In this document: in pieces, positions 36,741 to 50,610 of the stretch
Numbering within the stretch: the stretch's first letter is position 1
How the letters are laid out: every line of letters begins with the position of its first letter
NCBI RefSeq assembly: GCF_044704955.1
Contig: NC_091979.1
Location: 319,300,001-319,364,000 of the forward strand
Direction: 5' to 3'
Source of the DNA: Pristiophorus japonicus
Lineage: Eukaryota
Length of the DNA: 64,000 nt
The notes under the pieces: model-generated
Seen by the model: the letters and a program-made list of their open reading frames with translations, nothing else
What the model was told of the DNA's origin: nothing
Databases searched by the model: none
Made by a program: the position numbers and the translations under genes

Positions 36741-38049
36741 ATCAGACTAATGGATGATCGTGGATTTCTGCTGGCACTCATGAGCCAATTGTTCATTTGT
36801 TGTTGCCTCCGGGACCATTACGGGATTCCAATGGGTTTCCCCCGAACTGAGGAATGCCAGGCAGTGAGGCTGCAGAGAGGTGTTCCGGACCCATGTGCAC
36901 TGACCTGCTCATCTGTTCTGCTATTCTGACTTTACCAGCATTGCTATGTTGATTATATATGAGCTAAAAATGTAAGTTAGATACACATAAGATGGGCTTT
37001 GATTATTTTGTTCTCTTACAGCAACACACTGAATGATTGCTTGAAAGCAAAACTCGGCCAGCTTCAATGTCACTTCACGTGGGGCCCACAGAGAGACAGC
37101 ATTGACTTGGGCGACATGAAGTATAGATTACAAGATTTAATACAGGCTGGTGTGAATTATCAGGCCAGGTCTGACAACCACCTCGCATTTGTAAACTGTC
37201 AGCAAGGCAATTCAAAGGGGCAATTCAAAACTTAAAGGAAGCTGAAAAGATTCTGAGGGAGAACCATGAACATGAATTTGAAAGAAGAAGCATCATCACC
37301 TATGGAAACTATGCCTGGGTATATTATCACATGGACCAACTGACAGAGGCCCAGTTCTACCTCGACAAGCTGGAGATGATCTGTAAACAATTTGCTGATG
37401 GCTCTCGGTATACAGCACTGATACCTGAAGTATACAGGGAGAAGGGTTGGTCACTGTTGAATTCTCCTCGTCAATACTATGAAGAGGCAAAGGAATGTTT
37501 TGAGAAGACTCTGGAGGAAGATCCTGATGACACTGAATGGAACGTTGGCTATGCGACTGCTCTGTTCCGTCTGGAAGGGTTTTCTGGTACCCCAGAGAGT
37601 GGTGACCGCAGCCAATCAGTGAAGCAGTTGCGACGTGTGCTGGAACTTGATCCAGATGACTCTGTAGCCATGGTGATGTTGGCTCTAAAACTACAAGAGT
37701 TCAATCAAAAGGTGGACGAACACGAATTAGTTGAACAAGCATTGCAGAAGTCCCCTGATCTTCCATATGTAACTCGTTATGCAGCAAAATTTTACAGAAG
37801 AGAAGATGTGGAAAAAGCTGTGGAGCTGTTGAAGAAAGCATTAAAAATTACTCCAAACTCTACCTTCATACACCACCAAATAGGTCAGTGTTACAGAAAA
37901 AAAATATATCAACTGATCAAATATCCAGGCAGCAAAGCCCCTCGCAATCCTGCTTTTCAACAGAAAGCTGAGTTGATCAATTAATGCAAGTACTATTTTG
38001 AAAAGGCATTTGAGCAGAAGCCATCATTTATTTTTGCACAATTGCAAAT

Positions 38050-40680
38050 CTACAACGCAGAAGGAGGCCATTTCGGCCCATCGTGTCCACACCGGCCGAC
38101 AAAGAAACATACGGCCCTCAGTCAGCAGCCCTGAAAGTTACATATAAACGTATGAACAATGAACAATGGCAGAAAGGTAAAGAACACCCAGCCCAACCAG
38201 TCTGCCCCACACAACTGTGACACCCCTTGCACCAAAACATTCTACACTCCTCCCCAACCGGAGCCATGTGATCCCCTGGGAAAGGCAAAAACCAGATAAA
38301 AACCCAGGTCAATTGGGGAAAAAAGATCTCGGAACATTCCTCTCCAACCCATCCAGGTAATCGAAACTTGGCCAGGAGATCACCCTGGATATATTCGATT
38401 CCCTGCAGTACTTACCATCATAGCTGTGCCTGCCAACAACAGGTTATCCAGTCTAATCCCACTTACCAGCTTTAGGTCCGTGTAACCCTGCAGATTGTGG
38501 CACTTTAATTGTCCATCCAAACACCTTTTAAATGTGTTGAGGGTTTCTACATCCACCACCCTTCCAGGCCCTAAGTTCCAGACTCCCACAACCCTCTGCT
38601 TGAAAAAGCCACCCCTCAAATCCCCTCTGAACCTTCCACCAACCACCTTAAAACTATGCCCCCTCATAATTGAACCCACCACCAAGGGAAATAGGCCCTT
38701 GCTATCCACTATATCCAGACCCCTCAAAATTTTGTACACCTCAATGAGGTCTCCTCTCAACCTCCTCTGTTCCAATGAGAACAAACCCAGCCTATCCAAT
38801 GATGTGGTATATTTGGACTTTCAGAAGGCTTTCGACAAGGTCCCACACAAGAGATTAATGTGCAAAGTTAAAGCACATGGGATTGGGGGTAGTGTGCTGA
38901 CGTGGATTGAGAACTGGTTGTCAGACAGGAAGCAAAGAGTAGGAGTAAATGGGTACTTTTCAGAATGGCAGGCAGTGACTAGTGGGTTACCGCAAGGTTC
39001 TGTGCTGGGGCCCCAGCTGTTTACATTGTACATTAATGATTTAGATGAGGGGATTAAATGTAGTATCTCCAAATTTGCGGATGACACTAAGTTGGGTGGC
39101 AGTATGAGCTGCGAGGAGGATGCTATGAGGCTGCAGAGTGACTTGGATAGGTTAGGTGAGTGGGCAAATGAATGGCAGATGAAGTATAATGTGGATAAAT
39201 GTGAGGTTATACACTTTGGTGGTAAAAACAGAGAGACAGACTATTATCTGAATGGTGACAGATTAGGAAAAGGGAAGGTGCAACGAGACCTGGGTGTCAT
39301 GGTACATCAGTCATTGAAGGTTGGCATGCAGGTACAGCAGGCGGTTAAGAAAGCAAATGGCATGTTGGCCTTCATAGCGAGGGGATTTGAGTACAGGGGC
39401 AGGGAGGTGTTGCTACAGTTGTACAGGGCCTTGGTGAGGCCACACCTGTAGTATTGTGTACAGTTTTGGTCTCCTAACTTGAGGAAGGACATTCTTGCTA
39501 TTGAGGGAGTGCAGCGAAGATTCACCAGACTGATTCCCGGGATGGTGGGACTGACCTATCAAGAAAGACTGGATCAACTGGGCTTGTATTCACTGGAGTT
39601 CAGAAGAATGAGAGGGGACCTCATTGAAACATTTAAAATTCTGACGGGTTTAGACAGGTTAGATGCAGGAAGAATGTTCCCAATGTTGGGGAAGTCCAGA
39701 ACCAGGGGTCACAGTCTAAGGATAAGGGGTAAGCCATTTAGGACCGAGATGAGGAGAAACTTCTTCACCCAGAGAGTGGTGAACCTGTGGAATTCTCTAC
39801 CACAGAAAGTAGTTGAGGCCAATTCACTAAATATATTCAAAAGGGAGTTAGATGAAGTCCTTACTACTCGGGGGATCAAGGGGTATGGCGAGAAAGCAGG
39901 AAGGGGGTACTGAAGTTTCATGTTCAGCCATGAACTGATTGAATGACGGTGCAGGTGAGAAGGGCTGAATGGCCTGCTCCTGCACCTATTTTCTATGTTT
40001 CTATGTTTCTATCCTCATAGCTAAGTTTCTCCATTCCAGGCAGCATCCTAGCAAATGTCCTCTGCACCCTCTCTATTGCAATCACGTCCTTTCTATAATA
40101 CGGCGACCAGAACTGCACGCAGTACTCCAGCTGTGGCCCAACCAAAGTATTATACATTTTAAGCATAACCTCCCTGCTCTTGTATTATGTGCCTCAGCCA
40201 AGAAAGGCAACCATTCCGTATGCCTTCTTCACCACCTTATCCACCTGGCCTGCTACTTTCAGGGATCTGTGGACAAGCACTCCAAGATCCCTTTATTCAT
40301 CTACACTTTTACGTGGTCTACCGGTTAATGTGTATACCCTTTCCTTATTAGCCCTCTCAAAGTGCATTAACTCACACTTTTCCAAATTAAATTCCATTTG
40401 CCACTGTTCTGCCCACCTGACCATTAGATTGATATCCTCCTGCAGTCCATGACTTTCTGCTTCATTAACGACCACACAGCCAATTTTGGTGTCACTTGCA
40501 AACTTCTTAATCATACTCCCGATAATCAAATCTAGATCATTGATGTATACCACAAAAAGCAAGGGACCCAGTACTGAGCCCTGCGGACCCCACTGGAAAC
40601 ATCCTTCCAGTCACAAAAACATCCATTAACCATTACCCTTTGCTTCTTACCGCTGAACCAATTTTGGATCCAACTAGCAT
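38050..40680 (-). mobile_element. CR1 LINE (long 3' UTR family) interrupted by another CR1
   Basis: ORF 38380..38799 LGLFSLEQRRLRGDLIEVYK continues at 40012..40680 (KFASDTK). Confidence 0.88.
38800..40011 (+). mobile_element. CR1 RT/3' fragment
   Basis: DVVYLDFQKAFDKVPH...; tttctatg tail. Confidence 0.95.
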
Positions 40681-40685
40681 GTTGG

Positions 40686-41780
40686 CATGGATAGAGGATT
40701 GGCTGACGAACAAAAACAGAGAGTCGGGATAAATGGGTCATTTTCTGGTTGGCAAACAGTGACGAGTGGGGTGCCGCAGGGATTGTTGCTGCGGCCTCAA
40801 GTATTTACAATCTATATTAATGACTTGGATGAAGGGACCGAGTGTAATGTAGCCAAGTTTGCTGATGATACAAAGATGGGTGGGAAAGCAAATAGTGAGG
40901 AGGACACAAAAAATCTGTAAAGGGATATAGACAGGCTAAGCGAGTGGGCAAACATTTGGCAGATATAGTATAATGTGGGAAAATGTGAGGTTATCCACTT
41001 TTGCAGAAAAAATAGAAAAGCAAATTATAATTTAAATGAAAAAAAATTGCAAAGTGCTGCTGTACAGAGGGAACTGGGGGTCCTTGTGCATGAAACACAA
41101 AAAGTTAGTATGCAAGTAATCAGGAAGGCAAATGGAATGTTGGCCTTTATTGCAAGGGGGATACAGTATAAAAGCAGCAAAGTCCTGCTACAACTGTACA
41201 AGATATTGGTGAGGCCAACCTATCGAGTACTGCGTACAATTTTGGCTTCCATATTTAAGAAAGGATATACTTGCATTGGAGGCTGTTCAGAGAAGGTTCA
41301 CTTGGTTGATTCCGCAGTTGAGGGGGTTGACTTATGGAGGTAGGTTGAGTAAGTTGGGCCAATACTCATTGGAGTTCAGAAGAATGAGAGGTATCTTATC
41401 GAAAAATAAGATAATGAGGGGGCTTGACAAGGTGGATGCAGAGAGGATATTTCCACTCATCGGGGAAACTAAAACTAGGGCACATAGTCTCAGAATAAGG
41501 GGCCACCCATTTAAAACTGAGTTGAGGAGGAATTTCTTCTCTCAGAGGGTTGTAAATCTATGGAATTCTCTGCCCCAGAGCACTGTGGAGGCTGGGTCAT
41601 TGAATATATTTAAGGAGGAGATATACAGATTTTTGAGCGATAAGGGAACAAGGAGTTATGGGGAGCGGTCAGGGATGTGGAGCTGAGTCCATTATCAGAT
41701 CAGCCTTAATATTAAATGGCGGAGCAGGTTCATGGGGCCAGGTGGCCTACTCCTGCTCCTATTTCTTATGTTCTTATGTT
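40686..41780 (+). mobile_element. CR1 RT/3' fragment
   Basis: ORFs 40687..40920, 40975..41343, 41276..41686; ttcttatg tail. Confidence 0.92.
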
Positions 41781-43399
41781 ATTATGTCCTGATAAACAGC
41801 AGGCAGTGTCTTTGCAGTTTGGGTTATTTGAACTGCACTAGAAAGGATCTGAATCAAATGCAATCACCCATTTTCTGGAAGGACTTACAATTGAACAAGG
41901 CACAAAAGGTTGGCAATTGTGTCACGAAAATTTGAGAAAGATTGTATCAAAACAAATTGACAGGAATCCCAGAGACAGCAAGGCCTTTGGTGTTCCTGGG
42001 TTACTGCACCAGCTGGATGGGGAGAAGTGCGAAGCTATTTAATGCTTTGAAAAGGCCTTGGAGTTTGATTATGACAAAAAATAAGCATTTTTAATAGAAG
42101 TGCCCAGCCTTTCACCTGTGGGAAACCTGATTTAAGATAACTGAAATGTCTGAAAAGAAAACTATACTGAGCCATTTATTAGTTTCATTGTTATACATTA
42201 GTCAGTTTGTAAGTCAATAAAGTATGTTTAATATGTAAAACTTTTAAATCATGCCGACTAGTGCCTGGTGCCTAAGACAATTAGTTTAATTTGAAAACCT
42301 TCCTCGAACGGGTGCAATCGGTGGAAACTCGCCATCCTCGTTATTTCTATCTGTGGGCCGGGCCAGTTTTGTAGATTTTTAAACCAGTGTTAAAGATCAC
42401 GGAATACTTGATTTACACTTGATGTAAATCATGCTCGAGTTCCCGTGATCTTTTGCGCTGGTTGAGCAGTTTTCACCGGATTGTGCTGATAAAACTATCA
42501 CAAATTAGCAGAGACTCTACCCCAGTGTTTGAAAGATGCTGTGATGCTCTCTGATCAATGAACAAGTTTGGCAGCATACTCATCCGACTTACCTTATTTA
42601 ATATATACTGTTAATATTTTTATTCGAAGCAGCCTTTTGCTTCAGTATTTGTGAGTACAGTCCCCACCGATTTCCCCGCTTTGTACGGGATGGTCGGTAT
42701 CACGCCTGAATAAAGATTATGTTCTCTCTCTCCGGGAAATGAGCCGCCCACAGCTCCCTGATTTCCAGCCTCTTCAATGGAAGCGGTTAATTTCTACCGC
42801 GTGACTTATGGATAAATGATAAAGTAATAGATTAAAATGGTTAAAAAATAATAAAGCTTTATAGTTGCAGAGATAGCTTTTCCCAGCAGAAATGTTAATT
42901 TGCTGTAATATCAGAGACTGAGTGTTAAAATAACCAATAAAAATAAACTGTAGTTACGATTTTATTTGTGTCATTGATCTGCGCTAATGCTGACAGTAAG
43001 TGTCACTCATAGTCCATACTTTGTGATAGTGAACTGTACCAGCTCTGTAAGGAACATTCAGACCAGCCTTTAACACAGGCAGTAAACTGAACAGCTGTTG
43101 ATTGTGGAGTGACACATGGCCCTTACACTGCTAGCTGTAGCCATAATGCTATTAGAGAAAGGTTAGGGAGGAATGGTTGGGAAAGTTCCGTGGAATTGGA
43201 CAGTGGAAGAACCTAACATTGGGAGAGGTGCAGATGCCTCACACCATATTTACACCGAATGGAAAATCACCTCCTTGAAACAGCACCAGAATCAGCCTTT
43301 CTGTGGAGGTTTTCTCAGGTCCGTGCAATGCTGGAAACTGAACTTAAGGTATTGGAGATGATACACAGTCACCTGAGGGGCTAAACTGGATCGCCCTGA

Positions 43400-44050
43400 A
43401 GACGGGATCAGAGATCATGAAGCGTGATTAACCCACGCCCGTTGATTGAAATGCAGGCAGCACGCCAACTTGGTGCTGCGCCAACCGGCACCTCTTAAAG
43501 GGGTGCTGCATTGTGGCTGGAGCAGGTGCTGGGGGTCGTGGTTGAAGAGATTCTGACCTGGGAAAGAGGAAAGGCACAACAGGGGAGCTAGTGGGCTCCA
43601 AGTTATTGGGACGCTGCACTGAAGGCCTTGATGGAGGATGTGGAAAGGAGGCGCGATGTCCTGAATCCACAGGGGGGAAGGCAGCCCTCCAGACACACGG
43701 TCAAAAGGAAGTGGAAGCAGATAGCCGTGGTGGTCAGTGCCCGGAGTCAAGCCCCGAGGACCCGCATACAGTGCCACAAGAAGTTCAGTGACCTCAAATG
43801 AGTGGTCAAGGTCAGTGAATGCAACCTCAAATACCATGTCTTCCCAACTGCAACAGGAGCCACACCCACTGCTCAATTCACCACATCCCCATCACTCACC
43901 TCCCAACAATCTCTCTCAGTCAGGCTTCATACCTGACATAGCTTCACCTCACCCTCACATACTTCACACTGCCGCAAGCCTCACACTCACATCTCACAGC
44001 TTGCACACACTGCTAGCTATTCAACCATGACAGCCACATCAGTCAAACAG
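43400..44050 (+). mobile_element. Harbinger Myb/SANT-like gene relic
   Basis: Translation AALKALMEDVERRRDVL...KWKQIAVVVSARSQAPRTRIQCHKKFSDL. Confidence 0.75.
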
Positions 44051-44185
44051 ATTGCCCTGGAGTCTGTCTGTATTGAAGGTTAATCTCCAGCACACTGCTG
44101 TGAGCAACTAGGGAGAACATTCACGGGGACATGAAATAAATGGTGTGTTTTTAACATTTTCTTTGAATCCTTTTATTTATTAGTA

Positions 44186-45527
44186 CAGGTACAACGTCTG
44201 AAATCCGCTGTTGGCGCTCCTCACCGCCGGCCAATCCTCCGCTCCTCACCGCCGGCCAATCCTCCGCTCCTCACCACCGGCCAATCCTCCGCTCCTCACC
44301 ACCGGCCAATCCTCCGCTCCTCGCCATCGGCCAATCCTCCGCTCCTCACCGCCGGCCAATCCTCCGCTCCTCGCCATCGGCCGATCCTCCGCTCCTCACC
44401 GCCGGCCAATCCCCCGCTCCTCACCGCCGGCCAATCCTCCGCTCCTCACCACCGGCCAATCCTCCGCTTCTCACCGCCGGCCAATCCTCCGCTCCTCACC
44501 GCCGGCCAATCCTCCGCTCCTCACCGCCGGCCAATCCTCCGCTCCGCACCGCCGGCCAATCCTCCACTCCTCACCACCGGCCAATCCTCCGCTCCTCACC
44601 ACCGGCCAATCCTCCGCTCCTCACTGCCGGCCAATCCCCCGCTCCTCACTGCCGGCCAATCCCCCGCTCCTAACCGCCGGCCAATCCTCCGCTCCTCACC
44701 ACCGGCCAATCCTCCGCTCCTCGCCATCGGCCGATCCTCCGCTCCTCACCGCCGGCCAATCTTCCGCTCCTCACCACCGGCCAATCCTCCGCTCCTCACC
44801 GCCGGCCAATCCTCCACTCCTCACCACCGGCCAATCCTCCGCTCCTCACCACCGGCCAATCCCCCGCTCCTCACCGCCGGCCAATCCTCCGCTCCTCACC
44901 ACCGGCCAATCCTCCGCTCCTCACCGCCGGCCAATCCCCCGCTCCTCACCGCCGGCCAATCCTCCGCTCCTCACCACCGGCCAATCCTCCGCTCCTCACC
45001 ACCGGCCAATCCTCCGCTCCTCACCACCGGCCAATTCTCCGCTCCTCACCGCCGGCCAATCCTCCGCTCCTCACCACCGGCCAATCCTCCGCTCCTCACC
45101 GCCGGCCGATCCTCCGCTCCTCACCACCGGCCGATCCTCCGCTCCTCACCGCCGGCCGATCCTCCACTCCTCACCGCCGGCCAATCCTCCGCTCCTCACC
45201 GCCGGCCGATCCTTCTCTCCTCGCCACCGGCCGATCCTCCGCTCCTCGCTGGCCGCCGATTCTCCGCTCCTCACCGCCGGCCGATCCTTCACTCCTCGCC
45301 ACCGGCCGATCCTCCGCTCCTCGCTGGCCGCCGATTCTCCGCTCCTCACCGCCGGCCGATCCTTCACTCCTCGCCACCGGCCGATCCCCCGCTCCTCGCT
45401 GGCCGCCGATTCTCACTGGCCGTGGCCCCCCGGCACTGCCCTCCGTTGCCACCTTGGCCGCTTCAAAACTGTCCAATTTTCGGACAATTCTGGTTTTGGG
45501 AATTCTGGATTCTGGACGTTGTACCTG
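44186..45527. mobile_element. Tc1/mariner-type MITE carrying a minisatellite
   Basis: ta-CAGGTACAACGTC at the left end and GACGTTGTACCTG at the right end (inverted repeat); right-hand TA not intact. Confidence 0.7.
44215..45420. repeat. 25-bp CpG-rich, CCAAT-containing minisatellite (~48 units)
   Basis: Unit cctccgctcctcaccgccggccaat. Confidence 0.97.
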
Positions 45528-46536
45528 GAATATAAATATTGGAGGTGGGGAAAAAGGCTGCTGTCTCACAATAAAAAATCATCCAATCAGGTTCTGGAGT
45601 CTGTTCCCTTTCCTATTGGTGGGGGAATGTGTGAGGATGTGCGAGTCCGGTAATCACTGATGGGAGCTCAGGGTGGGGCTATTGGAGGTGGGAGGTCATG
45701 TGATAAAACATCCAGGAATACGTCCAACCAGAGTTGGCAACACTACTTCAACCATCCCAGCAGCTTTTTTCATGATAGCTTTGAAATACCATTATATCTT
45801 CCTGAGCTGGGTTTTCCTCCAGGAAGGGTTTGTGTCAGAGGTGGGTCAAGCGGGGCTTCCACCGAACACTCTGACCCACGTCAACCGACCCATTTTCCTG
45901 GGTTGGGGCTCATTAGACCCGCAGGGCAGGCTCCCAGCGGGATCTCCGTTACACTTCAAGGAGCCACCACTGATAGCCAGGGAATGGTGGCATCGCACAG
46001 CAACACCAGAGAGAGGAACATCCACCATTAACGGGGGCAGAAACACCCCAAAGATTAGCAGCGCAATTTTACTTACCGCTTCAGAATGAGCAGCATTTGT
46101 ACAAACTGAGTGACTGGGGACAGAAGCGAGGGAGAGGTGCCCACTGTTGGGCCTTCTCTGTCCATAAGGGCGTTCTGCTACTTCCCCAGCCTGTATTATA
46201 AATATATCTAGATAGCAATACAAGTTGTTGTTGTATTGCCGGCCCTCACCTGGTGGCCCGTTTCCCACTCCCTGCCCCCCTCACCCCACCAACATATCAA
46301 ATGGGGTATGGGGGGACTTTCTGGTGGTGCTCTGAGGAGTGAGGTTCTGGCGGTCGGCTTCCGCACCCCATTTTCATCCTTCCCCATTTTTGGGTGGTGC
46401 AACTGAAGTAAAACCAGACCCTTGTTTCTCACTCAGTGGTGGATGTGTGAGTCGACTGTTAATTCTACAGTCACCATTTTAATTCTACCAATCTGGAGTT
46501 ATTAATTTGCAAAAAATAAACTTTAAAAATATAAAG

Positions 46537-46975
46537 GCCTAGAAATTCGTTAGCCCCCGAAAACGGGCGCGGGGATCGCGATGTGCGATCAACACACGCC
46601 AGTTGTGGGGAATGCAAGCAACACACGAACTTCATACTGCCTGCTCATTTCCATGGTTATGGCATTCAGCCCAGTGTCGAACGTGCTGCTGAGTGGCTGA
46701 ATGCTCAGCACGGGACCCAAGGTCGTGCGAGGCTAGTACCACATAAAGCTAGCCTGCACTACTTAAAGGCAGTCTACATTTCTGAAAGGGGAGGTGCATT
46801 CTGTCTGCAGCAGCTCATTGAACTGGCTGGGGAAGACAGTGAGAGGAGGAGAAAAGAAAAATCATGTCACAACAGCGAAGAGAGCGTGTGGCAAGTTTCT
46901 CGGATACAGCACTGGAGGCCTTGGTGTAGGGGGTCAACTCGAGGAGAGAGGTGTTGTTTCCACAGGGAGCCAGGA
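46537..46975 (+). mobile_element. Harbinger terminus with Myb-gene start relic
   Basis: ggcctagaaattcg terminus; FSDTALEALV-like translation at ~46895. Confidence 0.55.
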
Positions 46976-46979
46976 GACA

Positions 46980-47949
46980 TTCATCACCAAATCACACCAT
47001 GGTCTCTCACCATACTCCTCTGACACCTCCTCCTTTGAACAGCTCATCTTGTTCCACATCTCTGTCATCTCATGTAATTCCTCATTCTCCATCGCCCAGC
47101 CAAATACCAAGTAATTTCCACTCAGATATCTTCACAACCTCTTCACCGACTGACTTCTCATCTTTGGTGATTTCAAGTACGTCCCAACTCAGCTTTCTCT
47201 CTCACCTCTGACTTCACTGCCCTCCTATCCTCCCTTAACCTCTCCCTCCATATAAACTCCACAACCCATATTCACGGCCACCCACTCGATCTTGCCAGCT
47301 CACTTGGCCCATTTTCCACCCTCCATGAACTTGAATTCATCCAAAACTCTGCTGCCCGTACCCCAACTCACACCGTCCCGTTCACCCATCACCCCTTTGC
47401 TCACTGACATACATTGGCTCCCAGTCTGGCAACGCCTCAATCTTTAAATTCTCATTTGGTGAGAAGGCAGATTGCAAAACAGTTTTGTTTAAGAGGTTAA
47501 GCTTCTAGTTTCACAATCAGGAAACAAATAATCTGGATAATAGAATAACATACACAGGAATTCAGTTGCCAGCTCTGTTCCCCTTTTGTAACTGACTTTG
47601 TGGTCCCGATTTTAACTCCTCCCCCCCGCCTGGCGAAAACCGACAGGCAGGCAGTTAAAATGGAGTGGGGTAATTGCTATGTAACCAGGCCGATGGAACT
47701 TGAGTTTCCCTGTGTCCATTCTCGTGAGCATTTTGTCTGCCTCTCCGGACCCGAGCCCATCACTTCTACTTGTGCTTTTCACTGACACTTTATTTTATTT
47801 CTCTTTACCCTTCATTGATCCCTCACTTCTGTCGACGTGTCTCCTATCATTTCTCCCCTCTCGGGTACTCGGCCCTCCCAATTCCCTACTCCAATCCGAC
47901 AGCTCACCTCCACCTTCCTGCACTCATGCTGCCCTCACAGGTTTGACTG
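46980..47949 (+). repeat. Local duplication: deleted L2 copy plus ~0.6-kb flank, paralogous to ~48300-48640 and 50480-51107
   Basis: 47320-47949 is nearly identical to 50480-51107. Confidence 0.9.
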
Positions 47950-48049
47950 CATCTTAGATAAGCTTACAGCTGCCCCCTGTGCCTCGCTTGGCACTCTCCG
48001 GAGAGCCTAACAAGACACTCAGCATTCTCTCCTTATGAGCAACAACTCA

Positions 48050-50610
48050 AACTGCCTCATCCTATTCTTCGCTGAGCTTACTACTCAGTGTGAGAGCTGG
48101 GCATTAACCTTTCCAATCTCCATCCCGTCCCACTCACCCCTCCCAATGCTAACCCTGTGGATGATTGCTGCGACATCAGGGTCTTGACAGAAACCTGGCT
48201 GATGGTTGAAGGTGCCTTCCCCCAAGTGAATCTTTCCCACCAGGCTATACCTTTCACCACTGGCCTCACCCAAACGACCGCTGTGGCGGTGTGATACTTA
48301 TCACCAAATCACACCGAGGTAGTTCTCTGTACTTCTCTGGCATCTTCTCTCCCTTTGACCATCCCACTTTGTTCTACCTCTCTCAAATTTAAAATCCTCA
48401 TTCTCTAATGCCCAGCCAAATACAGAGCCATATTTCCACCGAGATATCTTCACTGCTTTCCTCCCTTAGTCTCTGCACCAACTGACTTCTCATCTTCGGT
48501 GATTTCAACCTCCATCTTAACTCAACATTCTCTCTCACCTCTGAGTTCATTACCCTCATATCCTCACTTAATCTTTCCCTTCATATAAACTCCCCTACCC
48601 ATATTCATGGCCATCCCCTCGACCTTGCCTCCTCACTTGGCCTCGCTGTTCCCCCCGTGTCAATCACAGATAAGGCCATCTCTGATCACTTCCTAGTATT
48701 GCTCACAACACACATCCCCCTTTCCCCTCACAACTTCACTTCGTTCTGTGTCTGCCACTGTAAAAAAAACTCTCCCCAAGTCACTTAACACTGCACTTTC
48801 AAATTCTCAACTGCCTCGCATTTGTCCCTCCATTGATCACAACATTTCTTCATTTACTGATCTGCTCAATCACTCCCTCACCTCCACCTCTGATGCTCTT
48901 GTCCCCATTTAAACCATTAATCTCTTTCACTCTGGTTCTTCTCCCTGGTACGGCCCTCATCACTGCTCCCTCAAGCCCAAGGGATGCAGACATGAATTTT
49001 TATGGTAAACAAATGGTTTCGCTATTCATTGCCAGCTCTGACTGCAGCATATAAAGTATTATCGGGCCCTGCGCTCCTTTGCCAAAAATGCTCACCTTTC
49101 CACGATCTTTCTGGAAGGCATTGAAAGCCCCTGGCTTCTATTCTATTGACACACAGTCTTCCCAAATCCCTCTTCCTGCCTCTTCCACCCTCATCTCCAA
49201 AAACAAGTGTGAGGAGGTCATACATTTTTTGGTCACAAACATTGAGACCATCCGTTCAGCCGCATCACCTGCTTCCGTCTTTTCACCGAGCCCACCAGGT
49301 CAAACTTCACCTATGGTTTCCCTCTGCTCTAGCCCTGAACTTGCATATTTCTCCATTTCTCCCCAATCTCACCTCATGCCCACTCCAAGCTCCCCTTGTC
49401 TATTCGACCCACCTCCTGCTCACTCGAACCCCATTGTTACCAAATTGATAACCGCCCAACTTCCCTTCCTGGCCCCCATAACAGCAGATATTGTTAAATC
49501 TCCTCAAGTACTGTCCCCCAGCCCTTCACATCTGCTTTCATCATCCTTCTCCTCAAAAAAAATCATTCCTAACACCTCTGTCCCTGCAACCCACTGACCC
49601 ATCTCCAAAATCCTTTCCTCTCCAATGTCCTTGAATGTGCCATCGCCTCCCAAATCCATGCTGATCATTCCCGCAGATCCATGTTTGAAACCCTACAATC
49701 AGTTTTCCTCCAGTACTGATTCGAACCTTATCAAAGTCACAAATGACATCCTATGTGTCTGTGACTGTGTTAAACTAACCCTCTTCATTGTTCTCAACCT
49801 GTCTACAGCCTTTGACACGGTTGACCACAACATCACTTGCAACACCTCTCCTCCCTCCTCCAGCTGGGTGGGTCTGCACTCTCCTGGTTCCATTCTTCTC
49901 TATCCAATCATAGTCAGACAATCATCTGCAATGGATTCTCTTCCCACTACCACAGCATTACCTCTGGACTCCCCAAGGATCTAGCCCTGGCCCCCTCCTT
50001 TACTCTACATCATGCTGCCCCTCGGTGAAATCATCCCACAACACAGCATCAGGTTCCATATCTGTGCTGACAACACCCAGCTCTACCTCACTACCACCTC
50101 TCCCGACCCATTCACAGTTTCTAATTGGTCACACTGGTTATCCAAAACTCAGTACTGGATGAGCAGAAATTTCTTCCAACTAAATATTGGGAATCTTCAC
50201 CACAAACTCTGTTCCCAAGCCACTGACTCCATCCCTCTCCCTGGCAACTGTCTGAGGCTGAACCAGTCCACTCGCAACCTTGGTGTCACATTTGACACCG
50301 AGATGAGCTTCCGACCACATGTCAGCTCCATCAGCAAGTCTGCTAACTTCCACCTCAGTAACGTCACACAACTGCACTCCTGCCTCAGCTCAGCTGCTGC
50401 TGGAACCCTCATCCATGCCTTTGTTACCTCTGGCCTTGACTATTCCAATGCTCTCCCGGCCGGCCTCCCATCTGCCATTCTCCATGAACTTGAATTCTTA
50501 CAAAATTCTGCTGCCCGTATCCTAACTCACACCGTCCCATTCACCCATCACCCCTTTGCTCACTGATATACATTGGCTCCCAGCCTGGCAATTTTTAAAT
50601 TCTCATTTGG
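48050..50610 (+). mobile_element. L2 LINE ORF2, degenerate
   Basis: LTETWL, GDFNLH, ISDHF, LSTAFDTVDH, ADNTQLYL, LIHAFVTSGLDYSNAL, QNSAARILT. Confidence 0.9.

Larger units (their letters stand above)
37022..42084 (+). pseudogene. IFIT: IFIT-family pseudogene, copy 2 (main exon split by ~3.7 kb of nested CR1s)
   Basis: Acceptor ttctcttacag then NTLNDCLKAKLGQLQCHFTWG (IFIT signature); frameshift ~37220; TAA at 37982; C-terminus resumes ~41781 (QQAVSLQFGLFELH*KGSESNAITHFLEGL...CFEKALEFD) with two stops; AATAAA at 42216. Confidence 0.92.

Noticed and set aside
38495-39451. 318-aa ORF as a possible IFIT-RT fusion
   Set aside because: Chance read-through from antisense CR1 into sense CR1; IFIT is already terminated at 37982
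44211-45653. 480-aa proline-rich ORF
   Set aside because: Translation of the 25-bp minisatellite
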